The notes: generated from the letters alone by a model not told the origin. Counted from the stretch's first letter, positions 21,541 to 31,367 are shown. The stretch is DNA of 64,000 nt from Alphaproteobacteria bacterium (GCA_965217615.1 CBDCIT010000047.1:65522-129521), one strand, 5' to 3'. Numbers and translations are program-made.

Positions 21541-22299
21541 TTAAACGCGAAAGACGTACTTTTTGCCTGGTTCACGCTCAATATCTGGCGGGTAGGATCG
21601 GCGTTTGTCCGCATAGTAGCGGGCGAGATTGTCGCCGGCCGAGATCCGGTTGTATGTCACATAGTAAAGACGACGCGAGCAATTGCTCCGGTTGGGTTCC
21701 GAGGCGTGGGGCGCGTAGCAATCGAGGAAAATTAGGTCGCCCGGCTTGGTCGGACAGGACACGAAATCCATACCCTGCATGTCTGTTTCGTCCAGTGGTT
21801 CCCACATCCGGAACAGGCCTCGTTTGTGATGGCCCCGAACGACCTTCAGGCAACCGTTCTCCTCAGTTGCCTCGTCAATGCATACGAGTACGTTGACGAA
21901 GAAGTCGGCGTAAGCGTCCCATCCTGCTTGAGAGTCCTGGTGGGGCTTGAAGCCGTCTCCGCCGGGCAGCTTGAAATTGATCTTCTCCTTGAACAACACT
22001 GCCTCTTCGCCCAACAGTTGGCCGACCGGCGCTTTTAGCGCGGTCGTCAGTTCGGCGAACCCTGCGTGATTGCCGGAAATATTCTCGATCCGCGAACGAA
22101 TTTTTTCGTTCGGATAGGTGAGGCTCTGTTCCCAATAGACCCAGTGTTTACCGCGCTCTTCGGGAATCGCCGTCAATTCGTCGCACCATTGCGCGATACG
22201 CGCCACGGTGCTGGCTCCGAATGCGCCGGGGACGATAAGACAGCCGTCGCGTTCGAAGTCGCTGATCTGTTCATCGTCGAGGACAACGGCCTCAGGCAT
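21541..22299 (-). CDS. PhyH-family Fe(II)/2-oxoglutarate dioxygenase, PhnY-like
   Basis: FKEKINFKLPGGDGFKPHQD (HxD), ENGCL, distal His in PHASEPN. Confidence 0.82.
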   Translation of the reverse strand: MPEAVVLDDEQISDFERDGCLIVPGAFGASTVARIAQWCDELTAIPEERGKHWVYWEQSLTYPNEKIRSRIENISGNHAGFAELTTALKAPVGQLLGEEAVLFKEKINFKLPGGDGFKPHQDSQAGWDAYADFFVNVLVCIDEATEENGCLKVVRGHHKRGLFRMWEPLDETDMQGMDFVSCPTKPGDLIFLDCYAPHASEPNRSNCSRRLYYVTYNRISAGDNLARYYADKRRSYPPDIEREPGKKYVFRV

Positions 22300-22447
22300 C
22301 AAGGGGGACCTTAAGAGAATGCTGCAATGCTGCGGAATCTAACAGCGCAACAATTGGCGGGCAACCGGGCCGATATACATGACCATGGCTTGGATTGTCC
22401 AATTCCTACTGCTAAACACAAGGCGTATTCCCATTCGGCGATAACCA

Positions 22448-23047
22448 TTGAGTCATAACACGTGGATACATCGTGGCCTTCGGCCGTTGGTTCGTCCGCT
22501 GGCCGCAACGTCGCTGACGCCGAACCAGGTTACGACCCTGCGCCTGCTGACAGGATTTGCAGCGGCACTCGCCGTTTCAGTGGGGTCGGGTCCGTGGCCG
22601 CATGTCGGCGGACTGTTGTTTGCCGTGTCGGTCGCCCTCGACCGCCTCGACGGTGAGCTCGCGCGGCTGACCGGGCAGACCAGCCAGTGGGGTCATCGCT
22701 ACGATCTCGTTTCTGACGCAGCGGTCAACATGGCGATATTCATCGGCCTAGCGTTCGGCGTACGGGACGGCACCTTCGGCCCATGGGCGATACCCATGGG
22801 CTTCGCTGCTGGCCTTTCGGTGGTCTTGATTCAGTGGAAAGTAATGCGCGTCGAGGCTCAGACCGGCGAGCACAATTCTGCACAGTTGCAGAGTTTCGCG
22901 GGTTTCGATGCGGATGATGCGATTCTCGTGGTGCCGCTTGCGGTCTGGGCAGGCGGCATGGAACCGCTGCTTGCCGCTGCCGCGATCGCTGCACCGATCT
23001 TTGCTCTTCTGTTCTTTCTCAAATTCCGCAGCGTAACTGGGTCGTAA
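22448..23047 (+). CDS. CDP-alcohol phosphotransferase family protein (paralog 1)
   Basis: TPNQVT and DRLDGELAR...GHRYDLVSD, complete signature. Confidence 0.9.
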   Translation: MSHNTWIHRGLRPLVRPLAATSLTPNQVTTLRLLTGFAAALAVSVGSGPWPHVGGLLFAVSVALDRLDGELARLTGQTSQWGHRYDLVSDAAVNMAIFIGLAFGVRDGTFGPWAIPMGFAAGLSVVLIQWKVMRVEAQTGEHNSAQLQSFAGFDADDAILVVPLAVWAGGMEPLLAAAAIAAPIFALLFFLKFRSVTGS

Positions 23048-23090
23048 AACACTAGATAGCGCGGCCTCCCCATTTGGGCATAAATGCCCG

Positions 23091-23735
23091 CTATCGTTCC
23101 AATGCATGTCGCGCTGCATTGAGGACCCAAACCGACCAAATGACATAGATGACGGCGCCTATACTCGCTGCTACGAAGAATGGCAGGAGGAAGCCAAGCC
23201 AAGTAATTGGTGCCAAGAGGTAAATGCCGTCTTCAAGTTCGAATCCCGCATATGCGGGATATCCAACCGTGTCGCTAGCGTCCGCCGAATCGAGTAGGCG
23301 ATCGCGTCCAAGATTGAGAAAAAGCGCGATGACGGCGCAGGCTGAAGCCGCCAAACCCAATATCGTTGCCCAGCCGCCAAGTGGGCCGTGGGAGAGGCCG
23401 AGCCCCATACATAGAAAAAAAGCGGCATAGCTGCTAGCGCCAGTGAAATAGTCAAAATGATACCCGAAACGCGACGTCGTTCCTTTTTGGCGGGCGAGCT
23501 CTCCGTCGAAATGATCTAGGAATCGTGCGAAAACGAACAAGCCGGCACCCCAGTTGTAGGCTTGCAGGTCGCCGGCGGCAAACAGGACGGCTCCCAACAA
23601 GGCAAGCAACAGCGTCACTGTGGTGACCTGGTTGGGCGTAATAGGCGTGCGCACGAGAGGCCTGACCATCACCCGCGCTACTTTCTGATCCCAGGGCGGA
23701 ATTTTCACGGCCGGCACGCGTCCTCGCCCGCCCAA
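23091..23735 (-). CDS. CDP-alcohol phosphotransferase family protein (paralog 2, last motif Asp absent)
   Basis: TPNQVT and DHFDGELAR...GYHFDYFTG; true start may be GTG 23708. Confidence 0.88.
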   Translation of the reverse strand: MGGRGRVPAVKIPPWDQKVARVMVRPLVRTPITPNQVTTVTLLLALLGAVLFAAGDLQAYNWGAGLFVFARFLDHFDGELARQKGTTSRFGYHFDYFTGASSYAAFFLCMGLGLSHGPLGGWATILGLAASACAVIALFLNLGRDRLLDSADASDTVGYPAYAGFELEDGIYLLAPITWLGFLLPFFVAASIGAVIYVIWSVWVLNAARHALER

Positions 23736-23869
23736 TAAGGGTCATACTTGGATGTAACAATCATGGGCCGATTCGCTTCAATCACGGCGACCACATTGTT
23801 CGGATGGCTGCCTTGTCCATAAACCGGGAACGACGTAATAAGCGACCTCCGTCGCATGTTAGAGGCTCT

Positions 23870-26533
23870 GTGATAGACTCTATTGCACACTTCTTTCGAG
23901 ACGCCGCCGCTCGATGGGTTGATCTGAGTCGACGGTTCGCCGCGGCCGTGGTGCTTCTTGCGGTGTTGCTCACCATCGGACTTGGCTGGTACGCCGTCGA
24001 AAACGCGTCGATCAACACCGACACGAGCGACATGCTATCACCGGACTTGCCATTCCGGCGTCACTCGCTTGCCCTTAGTGAAGCGTTTCCCCAATTCTCC
24101 GACAATATTCTCATTGTCATTGAGGGCGACGCGCCCGATGCAGCCGATGACGCCGCCGCTGCGCTCGTTGCCCGGCTGCATCAGGCACCGGAATTGTTTG
24201 GCAGTGTGTATGACTTGGCGGGTGATCCGTTTCTCCGTCGTAATGCCTTGCTTTACCTAGATTTGGACGAGGTGTCCGACCTTGGCGATCGTCTGGCGCA
24301 GGCGCAGTCGTTTCTTGGAACCCTATCGAGCGAGCCCAGTCTACGAGGTTTGTTTCGTCTGATTTCGCTGGCCATCGACGGCATTGGCAGTGAGGCGATT
24401 ACAGTTGATCTTACGGAAACGCTGGGGGCAATTGCCGAAGTGGTGGAGGCGCAGGTTGCCGGTCGGCACGGCATATTGTCCTGGCAGTCATTGATCACTG
24501 GTGATGGTAACGGTGAGTCGCTGTACCGGCGACTCATACTGATTCAGCCATCGCTCGATTATGGCTCACTCCAACCGGCGACTGCGGCTATAGCTGCTCT
24601 GCGGGCGATTGCCGCGGACTTGGACTTTGTCGATGCGAACGGTGTGCAAATGCGGTTGACGGGTTCGGCCGCGCTAGCCCAGGAGGAATTGAAGAGCGTC
24701 GAAGAAGGCATGGGGCTCGCCGCCGCCTTGGCGATATTCCTCGTGTTGTGTCTGTTGTATGTCGGCCTGCGGTCCATGCGGCTCGTCGTGGCCGCGCTTG
24801 CGACGCTTGTGTTCGGGCTCATTTGGACCACCGCATTCGCTGTCGCCGTGGTCGGCCACTTCAATCTCATTTCGGTGGCCTTTGCCGTACTCTTCATTGG
24901 TCTCAGTGTCGACTTTGGTATCCATTTTTCGCTTAGATATCGGGAGGCGATCGAGTCCGGCGCCACGCACACGACCGCCCTTGGCGCGACGGCATCTAGC
25001 GTCGGCGGTGCACTTACTCTGTCGGCGATCGCCGCGGCAATCGGCTTTCTCTCCTTCCTGCCTACCGCATATGTGGGGCTGGCCGAACTCGGACTCATCG
25101 CCGGCGCCGGCATGTTTATAGCGCTGTTTGCGAATATGACTGTGCTGCCTGCATTGATGACCCTTGCACCGATAGGCAGCGTGTCCGACGGTAGATTTGG
25201 TGCAGGGCGGGGCGTCACTCACGATATTTTCCGGCGGCGCACGCGGACAATTCTTTGGACTGCGCTCACACTCGGGGTTGGCGCAGCGGCGGTTGTCCCG
25301 CTGGCGCGGTTCGATTTCGATCCCTTGAATTTGCGTGACCCCGAGTCCGAATCGGTCGCCACGCTGGTTGATTTGATGTCGGACACTCGTACCAGCCCCT
25401 ACGCAATCACTATCCTGGCGGACAGCCTTGACGTAGCGAAGCAGTTGGCTGCGAGGCTGCAATTGTTAGAGACGGTGGACGCCACTGTGTCGCTTGCCGA
25501 TTTCGTTCCGGCTGAGCAGGACGAGAAACTTGCCGTCATCGAGGAGATGGCACTGTTCCTATTGCCTGCGCTGATTCGCGGTGAAAAGGCTTCGGTACCG
25601 ACTACGGCACAGCAGAAGACTGCACTTATTGGCCTTCGCGCCCGGCTCGACATACTTGCGGCTTCAGCACCGCAGAACAGGCTGACATCGGCAGGTCAGC
25701 GTCTTTCCAAGGCGCTTTCGCTTGTTCTGCTATCTGCGGCGGATAGGAAATCGCTCGATGAACTTGAGGGTCGCCTTCTCGGTTCTTTGCCAAGCCAACT
25801 GGAGCGCATACGCGAGTCGCTGCAGGGCGGGCAGGTTCGCCTGGAGGATCTCCCACAGGACTTGGTCGAAAGACAGATTGCCGACGACGGACGTGCGCGT
25901 CTGCAAGTATTCCCTACCGAGAACCTACGAGATCGGGAAGCACAGCGACGCTTCGTACACGACGTCGTGGCGCTCGCTCCGGCCGCAACCGGTGCGCCGG
26001 TCGTCATATTCGAGGCGGGCAACGCCGTTGTCGCGGCATTTTTGCAAGCGGCACTAACTACTGCAGTTCTTGTCCTCGTGTTGTTGCTGGTCGTGCTGCG
26101 TAGCCTGCGCGACTCGATTTTGGTGTTCGCCCCGCTCGTGTTATCGGCTGTTTTGACGGTTGCTGCATCGGTTGTCTTGGACCTGCCATTTAACTTTGCG
26201 AACGTTATTGTGCTTCCCCTGCTATTCGGGCTCGGCGTAGCTAGCGGTATTCACATGGTGTTGCGAGCACGAGACCGGACAAGAACGGTCGACGTGTCAC
26301 ACACATCGACGCCGCGCGCCGTCCTTTTCAGCGCACTGACAACAATCGGTTCGTTCGCCAGTATCGCCCTATCAAGCCATCCTGGGATGGCCAGCATGGG
26401 CGTATTGCTGACGATCGCCATAACGTTCACGCTCCTGTCTTCGCTGATCGTACTGCCGGCCTTGATGATCGTCTTTCCGACGGCAGACGGGCATCGCTCA
26501 GTGCCGCATCGGGCGAAGGCCGGCCGGGTGTGA
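23870..26533 (+). CDS. hpnN: MMPL/RND hopanoid transporter HpnN
   Basis: INTDTSDMLSPDLPFR, LFIGLSVDFGIH, FDFDPLNLRD, FNFANVIVLPLLFGLGV, SSHPGMASMG. Confidence 0.92.
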   Translation: MIDSIAHFFRDAAARWVDLSRRFAAAVVLLAVLLTIGLGWYAVENASINTDTSDMLSPDLPFRRHSLALSEAFPQFSDNILIVIEGDAPDAADDAAAALVARLHQAPELFGSVYDLAGDPFLRRNALLYLDLDEVSDLGDRLAQAQSFLGTLSSEPSLRGLFRLISLAIDGIGSEAITVDLTETLGAIAEVVEAQVAGRHGILSWQSLITGDGNGESLYRRLILIQPSLDYGSLQPATAAIAALRAIAADLDFVDANGVQMRLTGSAALAQEELKSVEEGMGLAAALAIFLVLCLLYVGLRSMRLVVAALATLVFGLIWTTAFAVAVVGHFNLISVAFAVLFIGLSVDFGIHFSLRYREAIESGATHTTALGATASSVGGALTLSAIAAAIGFLSFLPTAYVGLAELGLIAGAGMFIALFANMTVLPALMTLAPIGSVSDGRFGAGRGVTHDIFRRRTRTILWTALTLGVGAAAVVPLARFDFDPLNLRDPESESVATLVDLMSDTRTSPYAITILADSLDVAKQLAARLQLLETVDATVSLADFVPAEQDEKLAVIEEMALFLLPALIRGEKASVPTTAQQKTALIGLRARLDILAASAPQNRLTSAGQRLSKALSLVLLSAADRKSLDELEGRLLGSLPSQLERIRESLQGGQVRLEDLPQDLVERQIADDGRARLQVFPTENLRDREAQRRFVHDVVALAPAATGAPVVIFEAGNAVVAAFLQAALTTAVLVLVLLLVVLRSLRDSILVFAPLVLSAVLTVAASVVLDLPFNFANVIVLPLLFGLGVASGIHMVLRARDRTRTVDVSHTSTPRAVLFSALTTIGSFASIALSSHPGMASMGVLLTIAITFTLLSSLIVLPALMIVFPTADGHRSVPHRAKAGRV

Positions 26534-27228
26534 AGACCCTGTCCGCTCAAGGCGCGGAACCGACAATCGGGTCGCCTGCGGTGTTCCCGCTCGTGCGGCA
26601 CCTATCTCTCCGTCTGACCCCTGTCCTTGCAAGATTGCCGGTAACGGCGAATCAGATCACAGCAACGTCGCTCGCCAGCGGTCTTGCCTGCGCGTGGCTG
26701 ATGACCTGGCAAACACAAGCAGCGGCGATCCTTGGCGCTTTCCTGCTGGTTCTATGTTACGTGCTGGACAACTGTGATGGTGAGATCGCTCGCCTGATGC
26801 ACCAGAGTTCAGAGTTCGGGCGCCGGTTCGACACATTTGTCGATTGGCTGGTGCATGCGGCCTTCTTCGCTGCACTCGGATGGGGCGTGAGCCGGCAAAA
26901 CGGACTGGAGGTCTGGTTGTGGCTTGGACTTGCCGCGACTGCAGGCGCAACAATCAACTACGCGTTGGGCCTCTTCTTGGAGTCTCGCGACCACCTCAAT
27001 CAACCCGCACGCCTAAATGGCGATGCAGGATTCACCGCGCGTCCAAGAAACTGGGTTGAGTGGTTGATTTATGTGTTTCGGGAGCTTGCGCGAGCGGATT
27101 TTTGTTTCGTCGTGCTCCTGCTCGCATGCTTCGATTCGCTACACATTTTGCTGCCCCTGGCGGCGCTGGGCGCTCATGTTTACTGGCTGACCCAACTTGT
27201 TGAAGGGACCAGAAACTACCACGTGTGA
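26530..27228 (+). CDS. CDP-alcohol phosphotransferase family protein (paralog 3)
   Basis: TANQIT and DNCDGEIAR...GRRFDTFVD; 4-bp overlap with the hpnN stop. Confidence 0.9.
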   Translation: MKTLSAQGAEPTIGSPAVFPLVRHLSLRLTPVLARLPVTANQITATSLASGLACAWLMTWQTQAAAILGAFLLVLCYVLDNCDGEIARLMHQSSEFGRRFDTFVDWLVHAAFFAALGWGVSRQNGLEVWLWLGLAATAGATINYALGLFLESRDHLNQPARLNGDAGFTARPRNWVEWLIYVFRELARADFCFVVLLLACFDSLHILLPLAALGAHVYWLTQLVEGTRNYHV

Positions 27229-28247
27229 CGGACTTGCCACTGCGTATGCACCTTCTCAAGATACTCTACCTGTTTGTTGGACTCGTGCTGCTGGTCCTGG
27301 TCTTGTCGGAAGTTGACATTGCCGACGTCGTGGCGCGTGTGCGTCAAGTGGGCTGGGGCTTTGTCGCGGTGTTGGGCATCTATCTCGTTGCCTTCCTGAT
27401 CGACTCGTTTTCCTGGCAATTGGCACTCCTATCCGTTCCCATAAGCGTGCGATGGCTCTATCGCGTCTGGAAGGTTCGGATGGTCGGCGAGATGTTCAAC
27501 GCTGTGATGCCAGCTGCCGGAATGGGTGGCGAGCCGGTCAAGGCGGTGCTGCTTAAAAAGCACTATCGTGTCGCCTATCGCGAGGCGACGGCCTCACTAA
27601 TTCTCGCGAAGACAATAAACATGATAGCGCTGGTGGTTTTTCTAACCGCTGGCTTCGCGCTGATGTTGGCGTCGCCCGAATTGCCGGGCGCACATAAGGC
27701 AGTTGCGGGCTTCGGATTAGCGGCCTGCGGAATGGGGACAGCATCGCTGTTTCTTATTCAGCGGCTGAAGATCTCTTCGCTTACCGGATCATGGATCAGC
27801 CGGACGCGGCTAGGTACACCGATTTCACAAATCCTCCACCATCTCGATGATATGGACGCGCGCCTTGTGACGTTCTATGTGCGCCACGGTCTCCGCTTTG
27901 TATTCGCCGTCTCCATCGCCTTCGTAAATTGGCTGCTAGGCGTACTCGAAATTTTCTATGCGACGGCATTCCTCGGGCACCCAGTGTCCTTAACCGAGGC
28001 GTGGATAATCGAAGCAGTTGCGCAACTGGTGCGGTTTGGAACCTTTTATATTCCTGCAAGCATTGGCGCACAGGAAGGCGCCTTTCTTCTGATCCTAACG
28101 GCGATGACAGGTTCGCCGGGGTTGGGCGTTGCCGTCGCGGTTGTGAGGCGGCTGCGGGAACTTGTCTGGATCGTTTGGGGGTTTGCCTTGGGCGCTATCT
28201 TTACACTCCGGCCACCCCATCCGGACTCCGATCATCCGCTAGACTGA
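27225..28247 (+). CDS. Lysylphosphatidylglycerol-synthase TM / flippase-like membrane protein (HpnL-like)
   Basis: Polytopic; GEMFNAVMP..GMGGEPVK, IPASIGAQEG, RRLRELVW; 4-bp overlap with the upstream gene. Confidence 0.82.
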   Translation: MTDLPLRMHLLKILYLFVGLVLLVLVLSEVDIADVVARVRQVGWGFVAVLGIYLVAFLIDSFSWQLALLSVPISVRWLYRVWKVRMVGEMFNAVMPAAGMGGEPVKAVLLKKHYRVAYREATASLILAKTINMIALVVFLTAGFALMLASPELPGAHKAVAGFGLAACGMGTASLFLIQRLKISSLTGSWISRTRLGTPISQILHHLDDMDARLVTFYVRHGLRFVFAVSIAFVNWLLGVLEIFYATAFLGHPVSLTEAWIIEAVAQLVRFGTFYIPASIGAQEGAFLLILTAMTGSPGLGVAVAVVRRLRELVWIVWGFALGAIFTLRPPHPDSDHPLD

Positions 28248-28279
28248 TGGCTACTGCGCTTCAAGCACGGGCTGCTCTG

Positions 28280-28915
28280 TCAATTACCAGTTAGCTCGTC
28301 GGACTTTTCGTTCAATGTGGAAATCAAGCCGCCGATTCCTGTCCTTCTTAGGATCGCAGTGAATTCAGACCGGCGGACAGCCAGCTCGCTGATACCGCTG
28401 TCGAGCAGTACGTCGATAACACGCAGATCACCATCAAATTCCTTCAACACGTAGGTCAGCGATACCGGATCCTCGTCCGCGCTTTCGATTGCCGTGTCAA
28501 CCAGACGCACACCGCGCGCGGCCGTGCGCACGCCGTGTGTTCGAAAGGTCTGTCCAGAATATCCGTCGAAACGCGAAGCGTAGGTACTGACACTCATGCG
28601 CGTGAAAGCGCTCGCGAGCTTCTCACGTTCCGACGGTGTGGCCGACTTCCAGTACGATCCTGCTGCAATGCTGATCATCAGACGTAGATGAAAGGCGCTC
28701 GTTATCGGCGCATATAGCCGATCGTAGCGTCCCTGTCCGCCGAGCTTGTCCGCCTCCTTCATCACCGCGAGTAGGTTTTTGTGGAGCGTCTCAACGACCC
28801 GGATTTCCTCCCTTTGCTGAGCATCCGCGGTCGATGTGGCGCCAGCCAGCGCAAGGAAGATGAGCGCGGTAAGCAATCTAATTCGACGGTATATTTCGCT
28901 CTGTACCGATCTCAT
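28280..28915 (-). CDS. hpnM: MlaC/Ttg2D-family periplasmic lipid shuttle (HpnM-like)
   Basis: Signal peptide; YASRFDGYSG, VIDVLLDSGISELAVRRSEF. Confidence 0.82.
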   Translation of the reverse strand: MRSVQSEIYRRIRLLTALIFLALAGATSTADAQQREEIRVVETLHKNLLAVMKEADKLGGQGRYDRLYAPITSAFHLRLMISIAAGSYWKSATPSEREKLASAFTRMSVSTYASRFDGYSGQTFRTHGVRTAARGVRLVDTAIESADEDPVSLTYVLKEFDGDLRVIDVLLDSGISELAVRRSEFTAILRRTGIGGLISTLNEKSDELTGN

Positions 28916-29096
28916 CGGATGGTGATCCTGGATCCGCCGCTGTTTGCTACCCTAGTTTGCCCGACCGCTGGCTATATGTAACCGCCCTTCTTCGCCCTCT
29001 CCCTTGGGCGTTCGAGAAAAATAGAGGATGCAGAAAGGGCGTTTCTAGGTATCATAACAACACTCGTTTACGCGCAACCGCAAAGCATTACTGCCC

Positions 29097-29975
29097 ATGT
29101 CTCGACTCTTGCAAAGCGCCGACCTGCATACTTCTCCAATTTCCATCGTGGCGGCGATGTTGCTGCTTTTGATAGGAGTTCCGGGAGTGGTGCGTGCAGA
29201 GGACGAGACCCAACGCATATTCCAGCAATTGGCAGACGACGCGGGTGTCAAGGTGGTCCAGTCAACCGGTGCTGGCGACGACGTCAATGATCCACTAGAG
29301 CTGTTGAATCGCGCCATCTTCGACATCAATGAGCTCGTTCAAATTCTCTTTCTTCGTCCTGCGGGGACGCTTTACCGCGCAGTTCTGCCGCTGCCGGTCC
29401 GTGACTCAGTCGGCAATGCGCTCGACAATCTCAGCTCCCCTGTCGTTCTCGCCAACGATATCCTGCAGGGTGAGCCGGAGCGAGCATGGCAAACGACCCA
29501 ACGGCTGGTTATCAACTCGACGCTCGGTGTTGCCGGGCTATTCGATGTCGCCAAGAGAATGGGAATCCCAAAACATGACGAGGACTTCGGCCAAACGCTC
29601 GCCGTATGGGGTATTGGTGAGGGCCTCTACCTCGTGCTGCCCATATTTGGCCCATCCAACCCGCGCGATGCCGTCGGCAAGCTCCTAGTGGGCGGTTATT
29701 TCGATCCGCTGAATGTCTGGCTCGACAACTCAAACCGCGATGCTGTAGCGCATGCACGTACCGGTACCGCCGGCGTCCATGAATACGAAGGCGTCATGGA
29801 CGAGCTGGAAAGTCTTCAGAAGACGTCGATAGACTACTATTCCGTGTTGCGCAGCCTCTATCGGCAAAAGCGCGCGTCGGAGATTAAGAACGTCAGCAAT
29901 AGTGACTTGCCTCCGGTGCCGGATCTCGATTACTTGGACTTATCGCGCCAGAGCGGTGTGTTAGCCAGCGACTAA
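29097..29975 (+). CDS. mlaA: VacJ/MlaA-family lipid asymmetry protein
   Basis: DPLELLNRAIF, INSTLGVAGLFDVA, EDFGQTLAVWG, YLVLPIFGPSNPRD. Confidence 0.9.
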   Translation: MSRLLQSADLHTSPISIVAAMLLLLIGVPGVVRAEDETQRIFQQLADDAGVKVVQSTGAGDDVNDPLELLNRAIFDINELVQILFLRPAGTLYRAVLPLPVRDSVGNALDNLSSPVVLANDILQGEPERAWQTTQRLVINSTLGVAGLFDVAKRMGIPKHDEDFGQTLAVWGIGEGLYLVLPIFGPSNPRDAVGKLLVGGYFDPLNVWLDNSNRDAVAHARTGTAGVHEYEGVMDELESLQKTSIDYYSVLRSLYRQKRASEIKNVSNSDLPPVPDLDYLDLSRQSGVLASD

Positions 29976-30023
29976 ATGCGACGCGTGGCGTAACAGCGGG
30001 CCCGCAAACGAGAGAGGCCGAGA

Positions 30024-31367
30024 ATGAGCAACGACTTGGCAGAAGCTCTGGCACGACGAGCTGATACGGATAATCCGGTGCGTGTCGGTTTGGTCGGTGC
30101 AGGTGAAATGGGCACCGACATCGTTACTCAAATTTCGTTGATGCGCGGTATTGAAATTTCGGTGCTCGCTGTCCTTCGCGCAGAACATGCACGCAGGGCG
30201 ATTGAGATTGCCGGAGGGAATGCCGACTCGGCTGTAATCTGCGAATCTGGTATGGCCGTCGCCAAGGCGGTCGAGAACGACCGGATCGCAATTGTCGAAG
30301 ACTCCGCGTTGGTTTGTTGTTCCGACTATGTCGACGTGGTCGTCGACGCTACCGGCAACCCTAACGTCGGTGCGATGATTGCCATGCAGGCGATGGAGAA
30401 TGGCAAGCACGTCGTTATGATGAATGTCGAGGCTGACGTGACGATCGGCGCCTACCTCCGTCGCCAGGCCGACCGTGCCGGTGTCGTCTATACGTTAGGC
30501 GCCGGCGACGAGCCGAGTTCGGCGATGGAACTTATCAATTTCGTCACTGCTTTGGGCTACCCCATTGTCGCTGCGGGCAAGGGGAAGAACAATCCTCTTA
30601 TCTTTGATGCGATGCCGGAGGCCTATGAAGAAGAGGCACGGCAACGGAACATGAACCCGCGAATGCTCGTTGAGTTCGTCGATGGTTCAAAGACGATGAT
30701 CGAAATGACGGCGATCGCCAATGCAACGGGATTGTTGCCAGACAAACCGGGAATGCATGGGCCGAACGCACCGCTCGATAAGCTGCATCAGGTACTTTGC
30801 CCGGTCGAGGACGGTGGCCTGCTTTCTCGCAAAGGCGTTGTTGATTTCACGGTAGCGAAGGGCGTTGCTCCAGGCGTTTTCGTCATTGCCGAAATGAGCC
30901 ATCCACGGCTGCGTGAGCGAATGAGCGACCTGAAACTCGGCGACGGTCCGTATTACACATTCTTTCGACCCTATCATCTGACGAGCCTCGAAGTGCCGTT
31001 GTCCGCTGCCGCCGCGGTGATGTTCGGCACCAGCCATATGCGGCCATTGGAAACACCCGTTGCCGAGACGGCAACGATCGCCAAAAGCGACCTGACGGCA
31101 GGCACCAAACTTGGCGCTATTGGCGAAACCTTCTATCGCGGCTGGGCGATTTCGCGCGGGGACTCGTTGAAGCATAACGTCATTCCACTAGGCCTTGCGC
31201 AAGGCGCCACAATGAAACAACCGGTCAAGGCGGGTGCGTATCTCACGCACGATAATTGCCAGGTTGATGACGCCCTGAAGATCGTTCAGTTGCGTCGATT
31301 GCAGGATATGCTTCTGGATAACACCGGCGCTGCAGCGCCGGCCCCGGTGCAAGCCGCCGCCCAATAA
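30024..31367 (+). CDS. NAD(P)-dependent oxidoreductase, homoserine dehydrogenase-like with C-terminal SAF domain
   Basis: GLVGAGEMG, NVEADVTIG, GKGKNNP, DGSKTMIEM, RPYHL. Confidence 0.82.
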   Translation: MSNDLAEALARRADTDNPVRVGLVGAGEMGTDIVTQISLMRGIEISVLAVLRAEHARRAIEIAGGNADSAVICESGMAVAKAVENDRIAIVEDSALVCCSDYVDVVVDATGNPNVGAMIAMQAMENGKHVVMMNVEADVTIGAYLRRQADRAGVVYTLGAGDEPSSAMELINFVTALGYPIVAAGKGKNNPLIFDAMPEAYEEEARQRNMNPRMLVEFVDGSKTMIEMTAIANATGLLPDKPGMHGPNAPLDKLHQVLCPVEDGGLLSRKGVVDFTVAKGVAPGVFVIAEMSHPRLRERMSDLKLGDGPYYTFFRPYHLTSLEVPLSAAAAVMFGTSHMRPLETPVAETATIAKSDLTAGTKLGAIGETFYRGWAISRGDSLKHNVIPLGLAQGATMKQPVKAGAYLTHDNCQVDDALKIVQLRRLQDMLLDNTGAAAPAPVQAAAQ

